A DNA stretch of 64,000 nucleotides from assembly GCA_043228905.1 (NCBI GenBank), contig JBHGNT010000008.1:14508001-14572000 (forward strand), written 5' to 3'. Below, piece by piece: positions 39,401 through 51,800 of this stretch; position 1 is the stretch's first letter; every line of letters starts with the position of its first letter. Made by a program: the position numbers and the translations under genes. Below the pieces are notes generated by a model, which had not been told where the DNA came from, ran no database searches, and saw only the letters and a program-made list of their open reading frames with translations. Source of the DNA: Azolla caroliniana. Lineage: Eukaryota > Plantae > Polypodiophyta.

Positions 39401-41850
39401 CCTTGAGTGTCACTAGAAGGTGCAATTGATATGGCAAATAAGAATAAATCTTCTTTTGCTCCTTCTTGGCATAATTTTTCTAGGGTGATGGTTGAAATTT
39501 GATGAAGATGAACAACATGTTTGGTAGAGGGTGAATTGGTAACACTATGTTTTTCAAGGGGAGGATCCTGGGTTCGACCCTTGACTACTAAGTTTCCTTT
39601 TGAAGGGCACCTAATTTCACGTTGTCTCCAATCCATTATTGGGTTGTGTAGCTCGAACCATGGCAAACCAAGGACTATTGGATGCTCAGGGCTACGGATT
39701 ATGTTAAAGGAGACCACACATCCTAAATCACCTAAGAGTATGTGTATCAGCTCAGACTCCTCGAATATCTTGCCAGAAGCTATGGGACGTCCATCAATCA
39801 CTACTACGGAAACTGGGCAAGGAAGTTTATGCAAGGCTATTTGATGTTTTCGGGCAAAATCTCTATCCATGAAACAAGAATTGGCTCCGGTATCTAAGAG
39901 AGCTGGGACATGAAGTTGACAACTTGGTGTCCTAACTTGTACTTGGCTTGAGAAAACTCTACTAACATGCTTGGAAGAGATGGAACCCACACTAGGCTGT
40001 ACAGATCTAGGACTGTCCAACCAAACGGCTCCGATTTTGGCCAGACTTATTCGTTTGACTCTTCTAATTGGCTTAGGACCTCAAACTTATTGGATAGAGT
40101 TGGATTACTAGAAACACTAGTTGGCACAGTTTCAACAATGCTAGACTCATTTCTATTATCATAGTTAATGTGATGTACCTGACGTCTCGATCTGTGTGGA
40201 CAATGAATGGCAATACGTCCTGGACCTCCACAATATAAGCATAGTCGATTTTCTCGATGACGTTGTTTCTCTTCATCTGATAAAGGTCCTCGTTGTCGGG
40301 TCATATCAATCTCCATCGGTGTCGGGCTATCCATTGGTGTTGGGCTACGTGCTTGCTGTGGAGTTGGGACGGGGCTATATTGTTTCCTTGGAGATTGTGC
40401 CATCACTGATGCATAAGTTAGCGTAAATCTTGATCTTGTTTGTTGTTGTTATCGCTCGGACCGACGCTCAAAAAGCCGATTATCACATCGTATTGCTCGG
40501 CTAATAGCTTCTGTAAGGGATTTTGGATCCTCATGGAAGGTAAGAAGTAAATCTTTTACATCTCCAAGGAAACAATATAGCCGATTATCACATCGTATTG
40601 CTCGGCTAATACGATTATCACAATATAGCTTCTGTAAGGGATTTTGGATCCTCAGGGAAGGTAAGAAGTAAATCTTTTACATCTCAAAAAGCCGATTATC
40701 ACATCGTATTGCTCGGCTAATAGCTTCTGTAAGGGATTTTGGATCCTCAGGGAAGGTAAGAAACTGCTCCATTAGAGCTTGTTCGTCCCAAGGAATATCA
40801 CTTGCAATGAGACGAAAATTGGCTGCATACGTTGATGCTGGTTGATCCCCTTGTCGTAATGTGCGAATCTTGTTGATTGTCATTCTTACACTATTTGTGT
40901 CTCCGAAGCAAGCCTTAAACTCATTGATAAATTCTTCAAAGTTGTTGAGTAGGGGCGAATTTGCTTCTAGCAATGGAGCAAACCATGAAAATGCCTTGCT
41001 AGTCAATAAAGTGCCCACTAACCCGACTCGAGATGAATCAGTCGGATAACGCGTGGCACGCATCTGAATTACCAACCGCACTTGATTTATAAAACCCCAA
41101 AAATGTGCTCTTGACCCATTGAATTTAGCTGGGAGGCTGATTTTGGGTTCCTTAAGAACTCCTTGACTGTCGACTTTTAGTTGTTGGAAAGGTACTATTG
41201 CTGACTCTAGTTGTTGAACCCTTCATGTAAACTCGTCATGTATTTGTTGCTTCTCTACTGAAACCTTCTGTAGGTCTTCAAGCAATTGTTGATTCTCCAG
41301 CTCTAGTGATGCAAACTTGCTTTTGAGATTCTCCATTTCTGCAACAAGGGTGAAGTATTCTTGTGGGTTGCCAACAACCATGGGTACTTACTAGTGTTTG
41401 TGGAAGAGGCTAGATGAGAAGAACTAATTGATAAAAGAAAGATATAAAGAGATCACAAGAAGAGGAATGAAATGATAAGAGAAGAATGAATGTATTAAAG
41501 TAGAATAAGAATGGATACAAGATAGGAGATGAGAGCTTAAGACTGGTGTTGATTCGAATTGGTTTTGAGAAGAATTGTATGTCCATATTTATAGGTTCCT
41601 ATAGAATAACCTAGTGATTTCTATAATGTTCTAGAATATTCTAGACCTAGAATATTCTAAGATGTTCTAGGATGTTCTAGAATGTTCTAGGATGTTCTAG
41701 AACATTTACAATATCAGTCTATTACAAGAAGTAGCTTTTATTATTTCATATAATCATATGCTATCTTAATGGTTAGGTTCTTGATTATGTATTACAAGGT
41801 CTTGGGTTTAAGCCCAAGTGAAGCCACATAATGTTCACGGATTCATGACA
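36446..41850 (-). mobile_element. Chromovirus G4 (relative of G2) with deletions at both inner LTR borders
   Basis: Perfect TSD ATAAC; LTR parts 36446-~36713 and ~41435-41850; gag-pol ORFs; chromodomain, PPT and PBS deleted. Confidence 0.92.
38581..39018. repeat. 219-bp tandem duplication in G4 RT
   Basis: CAATAGATCATCTAAATAGA... at 38581 and again at 38800. Confidence 0.85.
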
Positions 41851-42725
41851 ATAACTTTATTTGGGATAAGTTGCAACAAATACTATCTTCACATGAGCCA
41901 ATTCCTGATTTAGATGGGCGATCGCAAGAGCTTGATTGGAGGTTTGTTGGAAATAAGAGATTGACTATGATCTCAACGAATGTTGCTTATCACAAGTTGA
42001 TTGACAAACATAAGTGGTTGGAAGAAAGGGTTATAAAGATATGGGGTTTTCATAAGCCCATTACTTCGTGGTTTCATGTGATCAAGGCAGGTTGGTGTTC
42101 TCGATTGATGCTACGAGCCAAGGTATTTATTTGGAGAGTTATGGTTGGAGCTTTACCATTAGGGGATGCATTAAAAAAAAGAAGCATTACTAAAGGATTG
42201 TGTTTCTTTTGTTCGGTGGAATTGGAACATAGTAGGCCTCGATTTATTTCATGCCCGATGGCAACAATGGTTTGAAGGTGTATCAGTTTAGTGTGGATGT
42301 CTCTAACAGGAGTACGTCTATCTTCCTTCAGTTGGGTTTTTGCACATATGGAGAACAATGAACCAATGCCTCATTTTCAAATTATTTTTGAGTTCTTGAG
42401 GTATTGGGGGCTATGGTTCAATTGGAATATGCGGAATGCCTTCATTTTTTATCCGCAAGTTGGGGTGAGAAAATATGTTCTAAAGTTAAAAGGACTTCTT
42501 TTGTGGCAATTGACAATGCTAGAGAAGTCACAAAATCTCAACCAGGAAGAGGGAGAACTCTGCAAGGTCACATATCATCATACTCTCCATATGAATTGGT
42601 GTGTAGGGGGGCATTGAGTTTGGTGTCGTAGTATTCTTTAGATCCCTAGATAGAAGGGTTCTATACTTTGTAGTAAGTTAGTCATGGTGGTGTTTTTTTC
42701 TTTTGTAATGAAAGCCATTATTTAC

Positions 42726-42765
<40 letters not shown>

Positions 42766-43789
42766 TGATAACAAAAGATATATATTATGTTAAGAGAATA
42801 TACAATAGTAGCTAGGAGGCTTAAGATTGGCGTTGAACCAATTTGGTTCGAAATAATGCCTTGTGCCTCCTTTTATAGTGTTCTCAAGAGTAGTCCTGAA
42901 GCTTCTAGAATGTTCCAGAGAAATCTGGAATATACATTAATTTTCTATAGTAAAGCTTAAATGAAAATAATATCCTAGGTATTGCAATAGATAGTGTAAT
43001 GGTGAAGAGCTCGACCCATATAACATAAGGTCATGGGTTCGAGTCTTGCCATATAATGACATTAGGTCAAAGGAAAACAAAATCTTCAACACATAATTCA
43101 GAATCACACCATCTGGTTTTAGATGAAGATAATGCTTTAATAGGTACATTTGAAGATGATGAGGAACAATAAACCTTGTATATTAGTTATAGTAGTGATT
43201 CTAGATCATGAAAGGAGTGATTTATGTAAACCCTAAACTTGTGAATGTAAAATTGTAATCAAATTCTGTTTGTAATACCCGAATGATATAAAGGTTATGT
43301 TTTGAAATCTGTCGCTTGTATGAAGATTGTTAGTAAAAAAACCTTTTACTTGTTGTTTTTCCAAGAAAATACACTTTGTACCTTTTGGATCACCTAAAAT
43401 TTATGATTTTCCAACTTTATGAAATGGTGCATTTTAAAGCTTTTCTAACAAATTTTTGAGAACGTGTGATATTGTTATCATTGTGTCTTGTGAAATGGGT
43501 ATATAAACCCCAAACTCAAATGGAATATTCTTTATCCTTCCATTTTTGTGCAATCCTTCCACTTGTGAACGTGAATGTGTTTTTGATTTTCCAACTTGAT
43601 CTGTTTAATTCCCCATGATTCCTTGATTGATTGCCTTCATTCATTCATTCATTTACAGGTGCAATCATTCATATGATGATGTGAGGGTGATGGCATGCAT
43701 GCAATGCATGATCGTCATTTGGCGCACATGAGTTACATGTGATGCATGATAACCATCCTGCCATTTGAGGTTCCATGTATGAAAGATTT

Positions 43790-46140
43790 ATTAAGGAATT
43801 TTGTAAATATGTCAAAGTGCAGTTGCCCTAGCCCAGTTAGTATATAATGGGCTTTGTAACCTAGTTTGTGTGGTTGTTGACGCCATTCGTTTTGTAACTC
43901 TAAGTTTTTAATAATACAGTTACATCTAGCTTGTGCTCAAACTTTTTGTTTTCTCTTCTTCTTGTTCTCCTTGTTGATCTTGTCTTATGATTTGGTTGAC
44001 CACCGGTTTCAATCTGTTTCTGCTTACTATCTGATGATCTGTATCACAAAGAGTGCAGAGATATTGTTAAGCATTTGGCGGCCGCTTGCAACATCTGATA
44101 TCAGAGCTTCGCGTTTTCTTCATGATCCCGTTGTTGCCGTGTACTTTGTTCTTCATAAACAACTCTCTTTTATCTCTTTCGAAGACAATTTTTGGTATAA
44201 TAGATTCCAAGATTTTAGTCCTACTGAAATCCTTCATTAGGAAACTCTTCACAAGTTCATATTCAGCAAAGAGAAACATCTGGAAAGTCAACACTCCATT
44301 GTTCTAAATCACTCTTGAAGTAAGTCAGTCGGTTGTACTTTACTCCTATGATTGTAACCCCTCGGAGTGAGACTTCATTCAGCAAGTTCTGCCTCAACCG
44401 TGCTTCATACGGTTAGATGACAATCGAATAGGTCGATTGACGCTATTCACTCGCTCATCGTAATCACTTGTAGTAGATTGGGCTACAAGGAACAACCCCT
44501 ATTTGTGCTTTATTCGGCTAGACGACATTCGCGAGGACTAGTCGGCTCCGTGCCTCTCATTGTTGTAGTCATTGGATGCAGGATTGGACTGGACAATCAG
44601 CACATGATCTGTGATTGGTACCTCGAAATCGGCATTGGAATTGAATCGACAACTAATTGTGCTCAATCTGGCTAGGTGACATTTGGGAAGACCAGTTGGT
44701 TTTGTCTCTCTAATTGTCGTAGCCACTTCGACCAAGTTTCGCACCCAACCACTCCAACAATCGAAATTGATTCGACCCGTGTCCAAATCTGACTCGAACG
44801 ATATTGGGTGAGGTAGTATGTTGCACCACACCACTGTTCATTGTCAACTCTGGACAGAGTATAACAAACTGACATAGATGGTGTCAACATCCGGGTCATT
44901 AGAGATGATTCTAAGGAAGTTTAACAAATCAAACTTCAACTTCTAAAGGAGTAGATGCAAGACTATCTAATAGTCTAGGGTCAAATAGATCCGATTGAGT
45001 TACAAAACCCTCCAAAATGAAGCAAGCCGAATGAGTGGACGAAACTTGATTGACTTGTCTGTGCCACCATTCAGATGCACTTGTTGGAGTCAGTGTACTT
45101 CATAGTGTAATCAATTCTGACAACCTTTCAACTATGGAAGACACTCTCGGACACTTATGAGAAGAAGGTGCAGCCCCCACAAAGATATATCTGATTCGGC
45201 GCCTTTAAAACCTTCGGATGAAAGAATCTGATTCGGTCCATGCAAACCTCAATGAGTACGAAAGCCCCGAAAATCGGCCCAGGGGACAACTATTGAATAC
45301 GAATTGAAAGCAATGTTGCTTATGAGTACTCTCCCTCCATCGTGGGAAACTTTCGTCACAACTGTGTGCAATGCGTCGACTACTGCCGTTAAGTACTCCG
45401 TAGTCACGAGTGCAATTTTGATTGAAGCAGCTCCGAGAAAATCGTTTGCAAGAACGATCGAAAAAGTTCTTCCCGATAGCTGAACAATCAGCGAAGTCGA
45501 AGCAAGTCCTGGGACAACCGAATTTGCAACTATTGCAAGAAACCTGGGCAAATTAAAGCCGAATACCGCGCACTCAAAGCCAAGAATGGTAAACCTCAGC
45601 GAGCTAATCAAAAGAGTGGCCGGCATGAGGAGGTCAATTACGTCAGCTCTTCAGTCGAAGTATTGTCTATGACCCGAACATACTATCTATCGAAAACCTA
45701 GTCAAATAAGAAGTTTTGTTTATGACTAAGGAATCGAGCAAATGGCTCCTGGATTCGGGTGTGCCATACCATGTGACCCCTCACAGATCCTTGTTTTGGA
45801 AATATTTGGCCCAATACTATGAGTGTGACATGTAGCCGATACTCTGTACCCGCTATATGTCACACTCAGAGAGGGTGACTTGTTTCTGGTTGATATTCCC
45901 GTGTCATCGCTATGGCATGGACGACTAAGAAACCTCAGCAAGGCCTGCATAACACATTTATCTAGAGCCGGATACATCCCCAAAGTAGCCGACTATCTCT
46001 CCCTCCCTCCCACTCTCTCTCTCACGTCTGTGTGGTCTCCCTCTGTCTCTGTCTCTGTCTCTCTCCTATGTGTAGTCTCCCTCTCTCTCTCTCTCTCTCC
46101 TCATTTGTGTAGTTCTCCCTCACTCAGTCACTCAGTCACT

Positions 46141-46195
<55 letters not shown>

Positions 46196-46875
46196 CTTGC
46201 TTGTTGTCTCCCTACCTCTCTCTCTCTCTAAACTTTCTAAACGACTTAACCGGTTTGAGTCGGTTTGGCAAGGCTCAAGCCAAGCTGAAACGAGCTCAAA
46301 CCGTTTAGTCAAGCTCAAACCTAAGCCGAGCCGAGCCCCTAAGCCCCTAAGCCGTTTAAAACCGGTTAAGCCTAATGGTTTAGGCTTGAGCTGAGCCGTT
46401 GCCGATCCCTACCTACAACCGATAATGTTGCATATGGGATGACCAAGTGTCTTTTGGTGGATTGATTCCGATCCCTCCGACACCAGAGGGGCGTAATGAA
46501 GAATCAATCTGATTCAGTCGGATGTTACTTAGGATGGTTTCAAACAATCATCATCGACAGTTCAAGACTCAGGTTCAGCTTATCCGATTTTGGTTGACTC
46601 GACTGTTTGTTCTCGGATCTTGTCGACCCAAACAAAGCCGACTTGTTTGACAACCTTGTATAAATATGTATTTTTGCTTTTTTATTACAGATTTCTTGTT
46701 GTATACGCCCATTAGGGGGGAGTGTTGAATATATGCATATAATGGCCGTATTCACATTGTCCCTTGGACAAACTAGATTTAGGACAATTTTGTAAATATG
46801 TTAAAGGGCAGTTGCCCTAGCCCAGTTAGTATATAACGGGCTTTGTAATCTAGTTTGTGTGGTTGTTGCCGCCCC
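43790..46875 (+). mobile_element. Highly degenerate, internally deleted copia D
   Basis: Matching LTR segments ~43800-43885 and ~46790-46872; CAACA plus degenerate PBS TGATATCAGAGC at 44096; gag/PR remnants (WLLDSG); PPT AGGGGGGAG before TGTTG at 46723. Confidence 0.7.
46240..46411. mobile_element. One end of a hAT-like MITE
   Basis: AAACCG/GAGCC subterminal repeats ending ...CCGTTGCCGATCCCTA (TAGGG-type TIR); no partner end or TSD found. Confidence 0.45.
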
Positions 46876-47438
46876 CCAAGGCTTGACTGTCAAAACTTGT
46901 ATGATAGCACGTGAGTTCATCAAAAGGGGTTTAAATTGACCATTGAGATACATAATGTATATATATAAGGGTATAAATAAATATTTGAAAATATATTTAC
47001 ATAAGGGTATTATCAATTATGCTAGAGAAAAAAATTACATAAGCCCATGAAATATTAAATATTTCAATGAAATAATAAAGAATATGTTTCAATGAGATTA
47101 TGCTCAAATTTGGAGTAACATACATACATACATATAACTACATTTAAACATTACAATTTACATCCAATTCATGTATATACACACATTACACCCATTTATA
47201 CATGCATTGTTACTAAACATGAATATATTATATTTGTACAAATATATATTACCATATGTAAATACGTACATGCACTTACATAAATACATTACACACTACA
47301 TATATAAATACATGCATACATATCTATATATATAAATGCATACATGCTACATACACAGAATAAGCCATATATATTGACATACATAAAAATAACATATTAC
47401 ATATATACATACACTTTATTACAAACATATTTTATATA

Positions 47439-49286
47439 GGGAAAAGTACTAGGATACCCTTGGAAGTTCGTCTATTTACCAGAATGCTCCTGGAAGTTCC
47501 AAATTTATCAAACTACCCTTATGTCCAAAAAAATACACTTTATAAAGTAATTATACACTCAAATCTACAAGCCTTATTTACTAGAGTACCCTTAAACCTA
47601 AACTTTTTTTTTTTTTTTTTCAAAATGAAGCTACTTTCCCATTAGTTAGGAAGGATTATTACATAGAGAGTCTACAAGGAGACTTATACACACATCGGGG
47701 AGTCTTCCTCCGATCAAGTAAAAGAAGATGAGCCTACTTACAATGCCTTGCGGCCTAACTTAATGTAAGAAGCTACCTATATCTAAGGTGATGCCCTTCA
47801 ATGTTGCCTAGTACGAGTCGGCTCTTGGGGCCTACAACGAAGAGAGGGTGGCAGGTGAGTAGGAAACAACCAGCGTGGGGGCTAGTAATTCCACCTCGGG
47901 CCACTCCCGCCTTGCATCACCATAGGTGTGTTCCTCCATTTTTGCCAAAAGCGCAACCGGGCAGAGATCACGTCGTTGGAGTGGCTGCAAATCTCTTCCA
48001 GTTGCCCTCGTAGGCAGCTGATAATCGCGAACCATATGTCCATGACCACTTCCTCCGGGGACCGTACCGTACCTTGGAAAACCTTGAGGCAACGTGCTTT
48101 CCATATGTACCACAAGGTGAAACCTGCGATCAACATCTAGATTTTTGGAAACCTAGGGGATGCGGGCTGCAAGCCTCTTTCGAAACGGATCTTGACGATT
48201 TTGCCTCTCGTGCATACATAACACCACTATCCGAATTGACGGCGTCCGTCCACCCTTCGACTGAGTGACCAATCCATGCCGCAACGCTCCACGAGGCTGT
48301 TCCTTCAACTTCACATGCTGCAAGGAGGCGAGTCACTCTATCCTAGATCTTTTGAGCTTGAGGGCAATCCCTAAACCCTAAAACCTAAACTTATTTACCA
48401 TAATGCCACTATATACCTATTTTGACCAATTTATACCACCTTTATTTTTCAAAATACATCATAAATCAAACTAAATTATCAAAATTATATTATATATAAA
48501 TTTTTTTAATTGAAAGGTCACCTTAAAATCCAATTCTATAAATTTACATCGAGTTATACTAGCTTAATCCCATAAAACCAAAATTTGTGATTGAAGTGAC
48601 CAAAACTTAATCTTAAAACCAAAACATTTGATCACACACCAAATTTTACCATTGGGATGCCATTTTGAAGCAAAAATCCATGAATTTGTAGATTCACAAA
48701 CATTTGCGGCCAAAATGTTAAAACAAATCTCATGAAAAACTTTGCTACCAAAATGTCATTTTAAACGAAATCTCACATACCACTTTGCTATTAAAATGCC
48801 ATCTTAAACCAAATTTCATGATTTTACACTAAATTCTGTTAGAAAAATGCAATCACAACTAAATCTCCTCAATCTCATCAATTTCAAAAATACTTGCAAT
48901 GAAAAATTAATTATCGAAATGTAAAAATTACATGTTAATTTTGATCCGTCTACAAAAAATGTAATTCCAAAAATATCCACAAAATCAAATATATCTAATA
49001 ATGCACAAGGTAACCCCATATCCTGATGATAAAGACGATTGATCAACCCAATGAACAAGAAAGAAAAGAAAGACTACATTGTTAGGTACAAAGGACCCAA
49101 AGAATCGCTTAAGTAAAGAAATTTGTGTTTGAAGGGTATTCTGGTAAATAGGGCTTGTAGATTTGAGTGTATAATTACTTTATAAAGTGTATTTTTTTGG
49201 ACATAGGGGTAGTTTGGTAAATTTGGAACTTACAAGGGCATTTAGGTAAATAGACGAACTTCCGGGGGTATCCTGGTACTTTTTCC
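47439..49286. mobile_element. Non-autonomous Mutator-like element
   Basis: ~155-bp TIRs starting GGGAAAAGTAC; 9-bp TSD TTTTATATA/TTTTAAATA. Confidence 0.85.
47604..48370 (-). mobile_element. 5'-truncated LINE 3' fragment in the MULE
   Basis: T17 tail at 47604-47620; DCPQAQKI and LWYIWKARC ORF2 C-terminal motifs; CCTAAAC flanks. Confidence 0.8.
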
Positions 49287-49439
49287 TTTTAAATATTACA
49301 TATTACACATATACAATTATTTTACACAATTATATACAAAAACATATATGTATACATACCAAACACAAAAAATTTACATACATAAATAAATTACAACACA
49401 TACATACACATAAATATATAAGATTACATATTATATGTA

Positions 49440-49752
49440 GGGAAAAGTACCAAGATACCCCTGGAAGTTTGTCTATTTACTAGAATGCCCCTGGAAGTTC
49501 CAAATTTACCAAACTACCCCTATGTCCAAAAAATTACACTTTATAAAGTAATTATACACTCAAATCTTTGGTAAGTAGGGCTAATTCAGGTCCATTTCTT
49601 CCATCTTTGGTAAATAGGGCTTGTAAATTTGAGTGTATAATTACTTTATAAAGTGTAATTTTTTGGACATAGGGGTAGTTTGGTAAATTTGGAACTTCCA
49701 GGGGCATTCTGGTAAATAGACGAAATTCCAGGAGTATCCTGGTACTTTTCCC
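49440..49752. mobile_element. 313-bp Mutator MITE, same family as 47439-49286
   Basis: Almost entirely TIR; perfect 9-bp TSD TTATATGTA. Confidence 0.92.
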
Positions 49753-49769
49753 TTATATGTATTACAAAT

Positions 49770-51800
49770 CTACATACATACAAACAAGTTACGTATATTA
49801 CACACACGCACGCATAAATAAATTTCATACTACATATAATATAATCCATACATATTATATGATATTCAAATTTACATTTACATACATAAAAACAAGTTAC
49901 ATATATTACACATAAATAAATTACATACTACATATAATATAATCCATACATATTATATGATATTCAAATTTACATACACATACATACAAAACAAGTTACA
50001 TATATTACACATAAATAAATTACATACTACATATAATATAATCCATACATATTATATGATATACAAATTTACATATGCATACATATATAGAAACATTACA
50101 TATGTACATACATATTCCACATATCACCATATATACATATAGGTTATATAGAACCATACAAACTACAAACTTACATACATATATACATTCATACACACAC
50201 ATTGGATATATGTATACTTACACATATATCGGATATATACATGTATATTATATGCATATTACAAATAATCCTTTTTTTTTTTTTTTAAATTCCTTGGAAA
50301 ATATCCTTTCATTAGTTATAAACAATTATTACAATAAATCTGATCTACCGTCAAACTACCATTGATATGTTGCATTCTTCCTTAGGTCCCATCCCTCGAG
50401 GATAAATAGTATGAACACTCCACCACTCCTTAACCAAGTTATGTGATTGGTGGTGGGAACTATACTCGTGGTGCTAAGCACCATTTGGGTCTTGAATTTT
50501 GTAATGTGAGAAAAGGGGCATTCTTCCAATAGGCAATAAATTCAAAGTGTTGCAACACTCCAACATCTGTCTCGCCTTTAATATCCTCATACCGCCCTTT
50601 CAAGGTATGCACCATCTCCATCCAGACATTCCGTACACTTTCCACTGGATGAACAGTAGTATTACCAAACACCTTAGAACACCTAGCAGTCCAAATATAC
50701 ATCCATATACGAGCTATACATATACTAAACATTAAAATACACCGAAAATATACATACATAAATACATTACATACATACATTCATATATTCATTCCTACAT
50801 TGCTACATTTACATACGTACATACGCCTACAGTGCCACACATATCAATTTTATAAACATACATCCATACACATATATACATATATTACATGTAAGCATAC
50901 ACATACATACATTACATGTATGCATACACAAACATATATTACATGCATGCATACACATACATACATTCCATACATATGTACATACATATGTACATATATA
51001 TCACCACATATACACACATAGTCATACACACTACAATAGTACATGTATACATACACATACATAAATTAGATATATACATGCATATTATGCGCATATCACA
51101 AGCACACAACCATATACATTGAATCATGTACATTGACATATGCATATATGCATAAACATACATGCATACATTACATATGTTACATGTACATACATATTCC
51201 ACATATCACCATTTATATAGGTCATATGGGGTCATGCAAACTACATTACTTACATATATATGCATACATTGGATATATGCATACATATTATGTGCATATT
51301 GCAAATATACATCTAGATATGAGCCATACACATTCTAAACACTAAAATACCCCGAAAATATACATACATAAATACATTACATATTACATATATAGACATA
51401 GATACATTCATACATGGACATACATATATTGATTCATACATTGCAAAACGTAAATACCTACATATGCCTACAATGATACACGTATAAATTTTACAAACAT
51501 ACATCCATACACATACACACGTATATACATTACATACATTCATACATACATTACATATGTACATACATATTCTACATATCACCATATATATAGGTCATAC
51601 GGGGTCATACAAACTACAATACGTACATAATCTATACATACATATTACAAACACACATGTATGCATACACATACAAACATACATTACATATTACATATAT
51701 ACACATATGTACATGTTTCATACATGCACATACATATATTCATTAAGCACGTAATGGATCCAATATACACATCTAAACTTACACACAAGCCATATATACA
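49770..51800. repeat. Degenerate (TACA/TA/CA)n low-complexity DNA (also 47120-47430 and 62756-63280)
   Basis: Direct reading; continuous across the copia C insertion. Confidence 0.9.
50272..50705 (-). mobile_element. LINE 3' fragment
   Basis: Poly-T at 50272-50286; IWTARCSKVF motif homologous to the 47.9-kb fragment. Confidence 0.75.

Larger units (their letters stand above)
33352..42617 (+). pseudogene. LINE ORF2 (APE-RT), multiple stops, split by G4
   Basis: Motifs as above; KVFIWR...CFFC...C after 41856. Confidence 0.88.
31853..42728 (+). mobile_element. L1/Tx1-like LINE, apparently full length, inside the (GA)n tract of the G3 5' LTR, interrupted by G4
   Basis: ORF1 with zinc knuckle; ORF2 APE (MKITTWNVRG, GDFN, SDHFP), RT (LDIEKAYD, RQGC, ADD) and C-terminal Cys motif; LTR sequence resumes on both sides. 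Confidence 0.9.
14548..43061 (-). mobile_element. Chromovirus G3, expanded to 28.5 kb by nested G2, copia B, a LINE and G4
   Basis: LTRs 14548-15013 and 31699-43061 (split by the LINE); TSD TCAGG/TTAGG; PPT after 15013; coding pieces 15020-17161, 22943-25144, 31368-31560. Confidence 0.9.

Noticed and set aside
49646-51754. His/Tyr/Ile- or Cys/Met/Val-rich ORFs (also 62766-63297, 10219-11514, 5476-5794)
   Set aside because: Translations of simple or low-complexity repeats
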